64,000 nucleotides of DNA from Octopus sinensis. Its lineage: Eukaryota. Location of the stretch: the NCBI RefSeq assembly GCF_006345805.1, contig NC_043004.1:42966001-43030000 (forward strand). The letters are read 5' to 3'. A model generated the notes under the pieces. The model saw only the letters and a list, made by a program, of their open reading frames with translations, was not told the origin of the DNA and searched no databases. The translations under genes were made by a program, and so were the position numbers. Positions 13,002 through 23,950 of this stretch are shown here, piece after piece. The first letter of the stretch is position 1. Every line of letters begins with the position of its first letter.

Positions 13002-14263
13002 TTGGGTTGGGAACTAAATTCCCGTGGTTTTTTAAAATTAAAATTTTGTAAATGGCTTAATAAAAAATAACAACCAATTAATCACTAATATATTCACCCT
13101 TGTTGTTGACAACTTCTTCCCAACGTTCAACAGGATTTTCAATACTTCGTTGGTAGAAATCACACGATTTCCACACCAAACATTTATCCAACCAAGGTCT
13201 CAATTCTGCATCAGTGTTGACCGAAACTCCGCGCATAACATTTGAAAGAGATCGAAAGAGGTGGAAATCCATTGGTGCCAAATCAGAAGAGTACTGTAGG
13301 TGTGGCATTACTTCCCGGCCATGCGTTTAAATGGTTCCTTAGTCATATTGGCGAACACCACGCTAATTATTAGGTCTTTTTTCTTGAATAGCCGCGTTGA
13401 ATCTTTCCATCTGCTGAACATAGAGTTCCGCGTTGATCGTTTGGTTCCGTTCAAGCAATTCGTAATAGATAATACCTTCCCAATCCCACCATACGCACAA
13501 GATACATTTACGCAAATGAAGATCTTGTTTCATGCACGGTGTCGCTAGTTTACTGGAGCGAAGCCATTCCTTACGCTGCTTCATATTGATGTACAGGCAC
13601 CATGTTTCGTCGCCAGTAACGATTCAGTAAAAAATATCGTTGCTTGTGTCCATGAATTGAGCGATGGCGAGCAAGCAAACCAGCTGAGATTGTGGGTCGT
13701 TGATTTTTGTTGTTATCGCGTAAAGCATGCGGAACACATGCTCCATACTTCTAAAGCTTTCCCATCGAGTGAAGATGCTCCTGTATAGCAGTGTGGGAGC
13801 ATTCCATTTTTTTTGGCCAGTTCCCTTCTCCTTTGGCGAGAATTCTCGTGCAAAAGTTGGTTCAATCGCTTTTCCTCGAACTGAAGTGAACAGTCAGAAA
13901 GAGGTGAGACTTTGAGGCCAAAATTTTCATTTTGGAACTTGGTATACCAATCACGAGCGATTGTTACATCTATGGCTCCTCTCCATACACAGCACAGACA
14001 TCGCGAGCTACTTTTTCGGCCTTCAAACCTTAATTGAAAGCAAAAGGAAGGAGATGTCGAAAATGCTCATTTTTCTTAACTAGGTATTCCATTTTAATGA
14101 TCAGGAAATAAACAAAAAATAACTAAAATTAACTAGAAACAAAACAAAATAAATTCCAAAATGATTCAAAAATAGAATTCTCGAAAAAAATAGATTCCAA
14201 AATTTAAAAACGCAATAAATTCCGAAATATAAAAAATCAGCGTGAACTTAGTTGCCAACCCAA
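13002..14263 (-). mobile_element. Near full-length mariner (DD34D) transposon, defective
   Basis: TIRs TTGGGTTGGGAACTAA (13002) and TTAGTTGCCAACCCAA (ending 14263), flanked by TA at 13000-13001 and 14264-14265. Encloses a transposase remnant. Confidence 0.95.
13078..14092 (-). pseudogene. Mariner transposase pseudogene
   Basis: ME..KKNEHFRHLL..., VPHALRD, IVTGDETWCLYINMKQRKEW, VWWDWEGIIYYELL, YSSDLAPMDFHLFRSL, ERWEEVVNNKGEYISD*. Contains stops and frameshifts; the HDNARPH motif is deleted. Confidence 0.93.
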
Positions 14264-14339
14264 TACATTACGGAGAGGAACCCCTACACTTTGATTGAAA
14301 TAATTCTGAAAGTTGTGTCAATATTTAACATATTTTGAG

Positions 14340-14545
14340 GGGGTGAGCTGGAGGAATAGTGAGCACCGGGGGGGTGGGGATGGAAAATGCTTAGCGGGAT
14401 TTTTTCATCTTAACGTTCTAAGTTCAAATTCCAGCGAGGCAGACTATGCCTTTCATCCCACTTCGTGGTCGATGAAATAGGTAACAGTTGAGCACTGGCG
14501 TTCATGTAAGGCATTTACGGCCACCCACGAAATTACTGGCTTTGT
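14340..14545 (+). mobile_element. Degenerate SINE, family A
   Basis: GGGGTGAGCTGG...ACGTTCTAAGTTCAAATTCC...GACTATGCCTTTCATCC...GGTCGATGAAATAGG. Confidence 0.7.
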
Positions 14546-14550
14546 ATCTG

Positions 14551-14684
14551 TGTGACTGTGTGGTGAGAGGCTTGGGTTCAGTTCCTTTATATACTACTTT
14601 GGGCAAGTGTCATCAAATATAACCTCAAGCCGACCTAAGATCTGTGAGCAGATTTGGTAGACGGAAGCTGAAAGAAGCTCGCTG

Positions 14685-14720
<36 letters not shown>

Positions 14721-14840
14721 GGTGTGTGTGTGTGTGAGTGTGTGTTTTGTTTCCCCACCACCTCAGCAGATGCTGGTGCGTTTATGTTAATTCTACGTAG
14801 CGGTTCGGCAAAGGTATTGATAGAATAAGTACTAGGCGAA
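14551..14840 (+). mobile_element. SINE family B, truncated at its 3' side by a foldback element
   Basis: TTGGGCAAGTGTC...GATTTGGTAGACGGAAGCTGAAAGAAGC...(TA)n(TG)n...GCGGTTCGGCAAAG...ATAAGTACTAGG. Confidence 0.75.
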
Positions 14841-14844
14841 GTAC

Positions 14845-15188
14845 TAAGGAAGCGTAGTGCTATAATCACAAAAAGGGATAAATTCATGAAAGGAATGAAG
14901 ATTAAAAACATTTACCATCTCAGCTATATCCCAGACCGAACGGTTTCTACATATTTTTAGCAAACACACAGAATATATTTGCCAGGCCAGGTTCTACAGT
15001 CTGTGCGTCTAGGATTACGAAGGCTTCCCACTGAAGAACCTGGCCTGGCGAATATATTCTGTGAGTTTGCTAAAAATAGGTAGAAACCGATCGGTCTGGG
15101 ATATAGCTGAGATGGTAAATGTTTTTAATTTTCACTCCTTTCATGAATTTATCCCTCTTTTTCTGGTTTCTAGCACTACGCTTCCTTA
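14845..15188. mobile_element. Foldback/MITE-like palindromic element
   Basis: About 150-bp arms (14845-14995 and 15035-15188) that are near-perfect reverse complements around a 39-nt loop. Confidence 0.85.
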
Positions 15189-16175
15189 TTCGGAAGCCTT
15201 TTATTATATTTCTATACGAAAAATATATAGTCTAACGACTAATTTGTCTTTTGTGCTAGGCCACTGGTAATAATAATTTATTTTATTACCCTATTTGATT
15301 ATATATATATACACATGTACACACACACACACACTCACATATATACATCTACAATTATGCATATCTGCGCGCCCTAGCGGTCGCACATGTGTGTATAAAT
15401 AAAGCATCAAGTAATTTGTAATATACAGAAGAATAAAGCGAGTATGAGAATCTCAATGTCATGTCTTTGCTTCAAAGTAAAAGGTAGTTCGAAGAGAAGA
15501 AATGCACCGAGTAAAACAAAGAAAAACGTAGTATTGATATGTGTTGGAAACAAAGAGATACGTGGGAGTAGATTTAATACACTTTGTATCAGTTTGGACA
15601 AATGACACAGCCCTCTGACTGCCTACATTGAAATCAGTAAATATTAATATCAATCTAGAGCACTGAAGTTATAGAAAAGAAAATGAAGGGTAACAGTTAT
15701 GTCTGGAGCAGCTGTAAAACCATAATGCCTTTCACACACAAAACACGAAATATGTTATTTTAATGGTGTTTCAAAACAATCGTAACGTAATTTAATTCTG
15801 TAGCACAAGAACAATATCATAGAGATTGCAACGTAGCGATAACGATATATGCATCGTACGTACATACGTACGTACAAACATGCATCTATGTAAGAGTATG
15901 TGCGTGGGCAAGTGTGTGCGTGCGCGTGCATGTACGTGCGCGATTGTGTATGAACATAGGCATACTTATGTATTTATCTTTTCGTAGACATCTGCTTTCA
16001 CGTCTAAGCCATATGTTAAGAAAAGCTTCAAAATACATACATCGTTTTCGTGATTTCTTTTTTATCACTCGTGAACATTCTGTTGCTCTGTTTGGTCGGA
16101 TCACTGTTTTTTGAGATCCGAGCTTAATCATATATCTAACCATTTTGTATAGTAACTTCCAGTGCATCTCATCTT

Positions 16176-16227
<52 letters not shown>

Positions 16228-16304
16228 CTTCTATTCACATAATATCGAGGTCTCTTTCTTTCTTTTGTTGTCTCACTATTTTTATCAATATATATATATA
16301 TATA

Positions 16305-16498
16305 TACCGAAGTAAACACATAAATGTAAAACAAGGTGGTAAAAAAGAGTACTCAAATACTTTATTTAAAGCAGCAGAAAATTCAACAAAATCTGTTACT
16401 CTAAGTTTCTCGTTGCCGTTCCTCAGACAGTTTGATGAACGGCAACGAGAAACTCACAGTAACAGATTTTGCTGAATTTTCTGCTGCTTTGAATAAAG
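16305..16498. mobile_element. Second copy of the double-hammerhead short element
   Basis: Same 5' leader (ACCG.AGTAA.CAC..AAATGT.AAACAAGGTGG) and inverted arms as 9509-9736. Here the arms are fused directly at the CTGT/ACAG stem. Confidence 0.8.
16393..16430 (-). ncRNA. Minimal type-I hammerhead motif (core intact, weak stem II)
   Basis: Minus strand: CTGT CTGAGGA A-CG-GCAA-CG-A GAA ACT-TAG-AGT A ACAG, with a GUA triplet and a GNRA loop. Confidence 0.6.
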
Positions 16499-16516
16499 TA
16501 TATATAATATATATAT

Positions 16517-16599
<83 letters not shown>

Positions 16600-16673
16600 A
16601 ATATAAATATATATATATATTATATATATATATATTTATGTAATATACATACATACATACATACATATATACA

Positions 16674-17037
16674 TCTTTATATATATAAACGGCAAAATTC
16701 CTGCGTGTGTGTCCTTTATACAAATCCAAAACTTTTCAGTGAGAGGGCTCGCACTTTCTATGGTCATGTAAAACCGTGCAAGGGTAGTCGTGCACATCTT
16801 TACATTTCCCCAATCACCCCGCAAAGCCATTAAAAAAATCAATAGAAATGAGTTTTGGGGAATTTTCTATCCGAAGCCCAATCAAAATGCCCGAAACCTG
16901 ATAGGCCAATTGAATGCCAGCTAGCTGTGTGTGATTGGTCGGAGATTTGGACAGTACTCGCGTGTATGTGCGCACGCACGCAGCTGTATATGCATGCACT
17001 AGCACTATGACCCGGCGTTGCCGTGTCATAGTGCTAG
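16674..17037 (+). mobile_element. Non-autonomous Helitron
   Basis: Starts A^TC (TCTTTATATATATAAACGGC) and ends in the hairpin ACTAGCACTATGACCCGGC-GTT-GCCGTGTCATAGTGCTAG^T. No TIR or TSD. This is the canonical 5'TC / 3'hairpin-CTAG / A^T signature. Confidence 0.75.
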
Positions 17038-17499
17038 TATATAATATCCGTATATGCAATGTATGGGCAAGAGAAAGAAAGTAGCACACAAAATATTTGC
17101 CAAATGATAATGTCCTTTCTCTCAAGGGCTGTGCTTTGTAGAGCCATACACATCATCCGTTGGCATCACAAGAAACTGCACGGTTATGAAAGCCAATGAC
17201 GTCAAAACATGTATACAAATAATTCCCATTCCTGCGCATGCATGGATTAGGAAAACTCCCCCTTTCTCTCTCGTGGTTACAAGTTTGCTTCCCCTAAGAG
17301 ATAGTTCCGTGTTAAGTCCTACTCCGTGGTACCATGAATGACATTTCTTCCACTATAGCCTCTGACCGACCAAAGCCCTGTCAGTGGATTTTGTAGAGGG
17401 AAAAATTAAAAAAATAAAACGCCCGTCGTATATGAATGTATGTATGTACACATATTAAATTAGCTATGCTTGTGATATTTCATAAATGATCAATGATAC

Positions 17500-17665
17500 T
17501 CTCATTTTTCTCTCCTTCTTTCTCTTCTTTTTTCTGTGTACCTTTCTGTAGAATAGCGTAGGCTCGAAACGTAAAATACTTTTTTTCTATTCCTGAGCGT
17601 TATACTAATACATCTGTTTGTTTTGTACACCACCTGTCTTCGTCTTTTGTTGTTTATTTCCTAAA
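17500..17665 (+). mobile_element. A6U hammerhead-like short repeat
   Basis: CCTTT CTGTAGA A TAGC-GTAG-GCTC GAA ACGT A AAAT (17541-17576) plus the family tail. Confidence 0.7.
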
Positions 17666-17669
17666 TTCT

Positions 17670-17734
<65 letters not shown>

Positions 17735-17738
<4 letters not shown>

Positions 17739-18266
17739 CTCAGCTCAGAGCTGCGGCCATGCTGATGCACCGCCATTTTGTGCTACACTGTTATTACGAA
17801 GAACCTCCTCTATTATGTGGCACTTGGTGAAGAATGGAGTTTGATATAGCTACTCTCATTTGCACCTCTTGCCGTGAGGTAGGTTCATCTGGGACTCTCG
17901 ACAGGAAGATGTCCAGCTTTGAGTTAAAAACCGCTACATCTACTTTGTGCAAGTACCGCATACTCTTAGGGAGAATATTAAAAGGCTGTGGGCCCTTGAA
18001 ACCCAGGATATTGCAGAAGCGTGATGGCATTGCTGGGATCTTTGGAACTATGCAGTGTCGTCCCGTCCTAGCATTGGTGTAGCTTACAATGCCAAAATTT
18101 GGCACAGTTCCTTCCAGGATCTTCCAGACATATATTACTGCATACCTCTCCCGTCTTCTCTCCAGGGAGTAGAGTCTTAGCTGTTTCAACCTTTCCCAGT
18201 TGCTGAGCTGTTGCAAAGAGACGATCTTCTTTGTGAATCTTCTCTGGATTGCTTCAAGGTCCACTG
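17735..18266 (-). mobile_element. 5'-truncated CR1/L2-group LINE, 3' end
   Basis: ORF 17794-18264: LEAIQRRFTK..WERLKQLRLYSLERRRERY..VWKILEG.VPN..GPQPFNILP..KLDIFL..VPDEP. The 3' tail carries the hairpin CAGCT-CTG-AGCTG. Confidence 0.9.
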
Positions 18267-18334
18267 TTAATTACACACTTGTATATATATATGTATATAC
18301 ACCACACATACACACACATACACACACACACACA

Positions 18335-18418
<84 letters not shown>

Positions 18419-18930
18419 ATATACCCGTGTGTTTGTGCGTCTTCCTGTCTGGATTTCACTCCACGCACGCACATTCCGCTTGGCAGCAACTGCTGGTACG
18501 CTTAAATCTCTGGAACTTAGCAGCTTCAGCAAAACGACACGATAGAATATGTTCCAGTCTTTTTAAAAAAAAGTACCGGAGTCTGAAAGCGTTCATGTCG
18601 ATGCCCCATCACGACAAGTAAATGATTAATGATGAATATATATAGATGTGTGTTTCTTTATGTGTTTGTTCGTACATACTTGTAAATTCCAACATATACT
18701 CATTGACACAGACACTTATACACGTAACATAAATAGATTTCTTATTCAACAAAATTAAAACTGATTTCAATATTACTTTTTCTTATGTTTTCTGACACAA
18801 TTTGATTTATGGCCTCATTTGTATCTATATATCTTAAAATATTACGTTTTCATTTTTCACTAAATAAGCTACAACACAAATACTCTTACACATATAAAAT
18901 TAGACCTATACACAATATATACATAGGAAG

Positions 18931-19257
18931 AGGAGACCCCCTTCGGTCATGAATGACCATGGGATTGCATCTAAAATGTTACCCTCCCAAGCTCAAGTCA
19001 GGGCAAGATACTTTGTAGTCACCCATGCATACTAGCCTCCCCTCCCCACACCACTGATATTGTCCAAGGGAAAGGCAAAGGCTGATACAACTTGGCACCA
19101 GTGATGTCACAACTCATTTCTACAGCTGAATTAACTGGAGCAACGTAAAATAAAGTGTCTTGCTCAAGAACACAACACATAGCCCGCTCCGGGAATCGAA
19201 CTCACAACCTCACGATCGTAAGCCCTACGCTCTAACCACTGAGCCATGTACCTTCAC
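18931..19257 (-). mobile_element. tRNA-derived SINE, family E
   Basis: Minus strand: GTGAAGGTACATGGCTCAGTGGTTAGAGCG (A box), GAGTTCGATTCCCGG (B box), TTGTGTTCTTGAGCAAGACACTT central domain. Confidence 0.85.
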
Positions 19258-19429
19258 ATGTGTATATGTACATATTCACATATTAAATTTGCAATGCTTG
19301 TGATATTTCATAAATGATCAATGATAGTCTCATTTCCAATTGTATTTGAAACAGAACTATTTATTTCATTCGTGTAGTATTACATACCTAATTTTACTAT
19401 TTACGTGTGTGGGCTGAAACTTTCAGCGG

Positions 19430-19740
19430 CTACGCAAGATCCCCTCGTGGAAAATGGCCAGATTAGGTTTATTTTCTAACATTGTTCATTTTGGAACCAC
19501 ACAATTCTTCCAACGGTGTTGTTGCAGTGCTTCGAATCGAAGGGTAAAAGAGCTCCTGTTGGTCTGTCAAGTAAACAGCAGGTATGACGTTATCGTCAAC
19601 GCGTTAGTTATTCCCAACCAAGTGCATGTTGTTGCTTTTTTTATGTTGGGAAATAGATGTTAATTAGATGGGACCAAATCAAGGCGATGGAAGTAGAGCT
19701 GATCACTATTTTCAAGCCACAGTCACATATAACAGCCATT
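19430..19740 (-). mobile_element. Mariner 3' fragment
   Basis: Minus-strand peptides DLVPSN*HLFPNIKK, VDDNV and ALQQHRWKNCV match the transposase C-terminus. Confidence 0.65.
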
Positions 19741-19765
19741 TAAACCAAACATATATATATATATA

Positions 19766-20428
19766 AGAACTGAGGTACTCAGTACATCGGATGGTTTATA
19801 TTTACAGATATTTATTTGTATAGTACATGTTTTTATACATCATATAACTTAGATCATGTATTAGCGCTCCCTTCCATTCTAGTGGGGTTTTCAAATCAAA
19901 CTAAGTTCCTGTGTGAAACGTTTTGACCATTTTATAGTGGTATTGAGTTTGTAGTGGTGGGGAGGAATATAAGACAGTACAAGAGGGTAATGGATGAGGA
20001 GAAATTGAGAGAGAGGGCATGTGTGTATGTGTGTGTGTATGCGCGTGCGTGTGTGTGTGCTTTTGTATTTGGAATGAGTGCTAAAGAAAAAGAGGGGAAG
20101 GGGGAGGGGAGAAAAAGAAAATATTTTTTTTGCTCTGGAGTCACGCACACACACACACTTACACACATGCTCTCTCTCTCTCTCTCTCCCTTCCTCCTCA
20201 TCCATCACTCTCTTGTACTGTCTTATATTCCTCCCCACCACTATAAAATCCATACCACTATAAAATGGTCAAAACGTTTCACACAGGAACTTAGTTTGAT
20301 TTGAAAACCCCACTAGAATGGGAGAAAGGGCTAATACATGATCTAAGTTATATGATGTATAAAAAACGTAATATACAAATAAATATCTGTAAATATATCC
20401 CATCCGATTTTCTCAGTACCTCACTTCT
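19766..20428. mobile_element. Large foldback element (about 280-bp arms)
   Basis: 19766-20055 is the reverse complement of about 20142-20428. ORFs 19891-20253(-) and 19954-20304(+) both end in IKWSKRFTQELSLI. Confidence 0.9.
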
Positions 20429-20472
20429 TCTAATATAAATGCCTGCACATCATCTCCAAACCTTCCAATATA

Positions 20473-20665
20473 TATATAAAATATTAGAAAAAAACACCTT
20501 TTATCAATTCAAAATGAATAATTAAATTACACCATCTTGAAAATTACATATAATTACATATAAAATTACATATAACTTTTCTATTATATGTAATTTTCTA
20601 GATGGTGCAATTTAATTATTCATTTTGAATTGATAAAAGGTGTCTTATTTCTAATATTTTATATA
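20473..20665. mobile_element. AT-rich palindromic MITE-like element
   Basis: About 82-bp arms (AAAATATTAGAAA..CACCTTTTATCAATTCAAAATGAATAATTAAATT.CACCATCT.GAAAATTACATATAAT and its reverse complement). Confidence 0.85.
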
Positions 20666-20770
20666 CATATATTATATTGTGTGTAATTTGATTTAGTATT
20701 TCTAAATTGAATTCTTTTTCCTTGTAAGTTTGGATTCTATTCCCTCAAATAATAATTATATATATATATC

Positions 20771-20986
20771 GAGCTGGCAGAACCGTTACCTCGCCAGGCG
20801 AAATACGTAGCTGTATTTCGTCTGCCGTTACGTTCTGAGTTCAAATTGCGCCGAGGTCGACTTTGCCTTTCATACTTCGGGGTTGATAAATTAAGTACGC
20901 ACTGGGGTCGATGTAATCGATTTAATTCGTTTAACTGTCCTTGTTTGTCCCCTCTATGTTTCGCCTCTTGTGGGTAATAAAGAAAT
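20771..20986 (+). mobile_element. SINE family A
   Basis: GAGCTGGCAGAACCGTTA...GAGTTCAAATT...GAGGTCGACTTTGCCTTTCAT...TTGTGGGTAATAAAGAAAT. Confidence 0.9.
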
Positions 20987-21803
20987 CAAACACACACACA
21001 CACACACACATACACATGTATATATATGACTTGGAAAAGGATGCGTGGCGTTCGATCATATAATAATATAAATAATATATAAATATATGCATATACATAT
21101 AAAAGGCTAACGATGGATGTATCAAGGACAACTAAATCAATTAAAGACTAGACATACGGAACAAAGGAAGGAAATTCCAATGTAAGTCTTTTACAACATG
21201 TCCCATGCGCCAGCGCCAAAAGGGATTGGGTAGTAATAGAAAACATAAAGAGATTAAACATTTAGAAATAATACCTAAGTGGAAAAGATATTGAACTTGG
21301 TAGGGAATGAAAATCTCAAAAAGGAGAGGTATTGGAAAGAAAACCAAAAACAATAATTAAAAAATAATAAAAATATATTTCGTTTCAAACGGAAGTCGAA
21401 ATGTCAAAAGTAGAGATGTTGCGGTGAGTGTCACGACACCCCCTGCGAGGATAGACTGGCGAGACGACATAAATAGTAGTGGTCGGAGTGAGATAGGGTA
21501 CAAAGTACGCCTTAATCGCAGGAAGTCGTAAAGTGTCGTTTTGGTAGTTAGTCCGAATATCGTTTGTTGGTTAGTGCATAATTCATGGAGTATGTTTTAT
21601 TGTTACGATGTTGTTATCCTTCTTCGAAATATGTTTTATAGTTATTCAACGGTTATAGTGTGCTAAGTATCGTCATCATAGTTGGCGATACATCAATATA
21701 TATATATATATGAGTGTGTGTGTGTGTGTGTGTGTGTGTTTGTGTGTGTGGGGGAGTGTTACAGTACCTACCTATGTTGTCAATTGGATTGGATCCTATA
21801 TAC

Positions 21804-21912
<109 letters not shown>

Positions 21913-22344
21913 GAAGAGCTTCCATTGAAAACCAGATATATGCATCGGAAGGACTTTTGAGTATCTGTTTAAGACAACATGAATATATCTGATTTTGATT
22001 GGAAGACTAAGATTCGTCTACTGTATATATGACATCTGTCAGTGTAACTGAAACATTTGCAGATTATATTTAAGTGGTTATCATGAAATCGACCAAATAT
22101 CCACTAATAAAGATGTTGAAAGTAAGCTCCTCAATATACGTATATGTATTTATGAAACATTCTGAGCGACGATAGTAGAATGAAAACGCGGGGGAAAATA
22201 TCGGTGAAATATTGCCATATTTTCGAAGAATGCTTTAAGGTGATAATGTACGATTACTACATTCAGAGAAGAAACGAATAACCGAATATAAACGGATGTT
22301 TTTTTCTAAATGCTATAAGCAATATTATGTTATGCTTAAAATCT

Positions 22345-22467
22345 GTTTCATTCCATGAAGAGAATGACTTACTACCTGACACCCAGCACAATTTTCGACC
22401 AGGTATGAGCTGCTAGACATAGATCATGCAACGATACGAATTGTGTTGTGTTGAGGTAGCTGTTTAA
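22345..22467 (+). other. 123-bp templated insertion, an exact inverted copy of 25965-26087
   Basis: Exact reverse complement over 123 nt, flanked by the direct repeat TTAAAATCT at 22336-22344 and 22464-22472. Confidence 0.9.
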
Positions 22468-22554
22468 AATCTACTTCTTGCTTCAAGCAATCGAAGGGAG
22501 GAGACAATTTTATATTAGTTACAAACATATTGGATTGCATCTTGCAATTATATA

Positions 22555-23560
22555 CAAACTAACTGGGCCGCGTGTAGTCAAAAATGACGGTTAATTGTAG
22601 TATTTTATATACAAGTAAAGTACAAAACCAAGATTTTGGTTTATTAATTCTTTTATTACTAAATTTTTGGTGAAAAATCTATCCACAACTAACATCATTT
22701 GATTGCTTTTTTCCTTCAAAAGAGTTTTCAAATTTTCCTTCCTTCTTGTCCGACTTAAGGCCACATAAATCTGACCCGTGACTAAGTATGGGAGATGGCA
22801 AGTAAATACCAAAAACACAGAGTTGAAATGTTGTTTGATTTTTTTTTTCCGCGTTGAATGTTCACCATTCCAATTCCATTGCACACACACACGCGCATAC
22901 ACACACACACGCGCACAAACGCAAACACACACACACACAAAACACAAATACAAACATTCACATACCTCCCTCTTACATACACACACATAAACTCATTCAG
23001 AATTGAAATTCTGATTTAACTTTTTTCACCGTACACTTCGCATCATCTCACTACGGAATTTGCCTTCACTTCTTCCTTCTTTATCCCTCTATCACTCCTT
23101 CCTTTCTCATTCATATGTTGTGAAGGAGAAAAACGCATGCGTATTGTTATTTGAGATAAGGTACAAAATTAAGGTTTTAGTTTAATAATCATTTTACTAC
23201 CAAACTTGGCAAAAAAATCTATCGGCAACTAACATCCGTTGACTGCTTCAATGAAGTTTTCAGTTTTCCTTCCTTCTTGTCCGATTTAAGGCCACATAAA
23301 GCTGGTCGTGAATAAATACAAGAACTGGTAAGTAAATAGCAAATACACAGAGTTGAAGCGGTGTTTGATGGATTTTTCAGCGTTGAATGTTAACCATCCC
23401 ACTTCCTTTGCGCGCGCACACGATCACACACAAACACACACACACACACACACACTCACACATACACACACCCTCCCTTTACATATGCACGGAGTTGAAA
23501 CGCTGTTTGATTTAGTTTCAGCGTGCAATTTTCATCATCCCACTACCAAGTATGACATTA
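22555..23560 (-). mobile_element. Helitron helicase C-terminal remnants, diverged tandem copies
   Basis: HLPYLVTGQIYVALSRTRRKENLK...TKNLVIKE (22810-22640) and YLPVLVFIHDQLYVALNRTRRKEN (23340-23270) resemble the Pif1/RepHel motif FSHGQLYVALSR. 22620-22900 is similar to 23170-23420. Confidence 0.7.
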
Positions 23561-23789
23561 CCTTTTCGTTCCTTATTCATCTATCACCCCTTACATTCTC
23601 ATTCATAAACACAAAAGTATTATTAGAGTAGCTTATCTGGGTAACCATCGAAGGTATGAAAAAATACAAAGCCCAGCAACACCACCGTATCATTCTACAC
23701 ATCTGTGTCATTTTTCGCGCAATTCCACCCAGCCGTTTGACCGTGAATCCCAAGACAATAAAATATACTAGAAAGAATCGCTCAGCCAC

Positions 23790-23950
23790 TAAACCTTTTT
23801 CTATTTTCTCTCCCTGTGTTCCTTTCTGGGTTCCTTTCTGTCAAAGAGCGTAGGCTTGAAACGTAAAACACATTCTCACTTCGAGCGTTAAACTAATAGA
23901 TCTGTTTGTTGTTCACACACCCGTCTTCGTCTTTTTTGTAAATTCTCATT
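23790..23950 (+). mobile_element. A6U hammerhead-like short repeat, degenerate
   Basis: CCTTT CTGTCAA A GAGC-GTAG-GCTT GAA ACGT A AAAC (23833-23868) plus the family tail. Confidence 0.65.

Noticed and set aside
16800-16945. Cluster of CCAAT/ATTGG boxes as a gene promoter
   Set aside because: It lies inside a Helitron-like repeat, with no adjacent exon supported.
19170-19257. tRNA-like sequences (also 2190-2248, 10051-10110, 61071-61144)
   Set aside because: They have A/B boxes but no complete cloverleaf, and they continue into SINE bodies. They are SINE heads, not tRNA genes.
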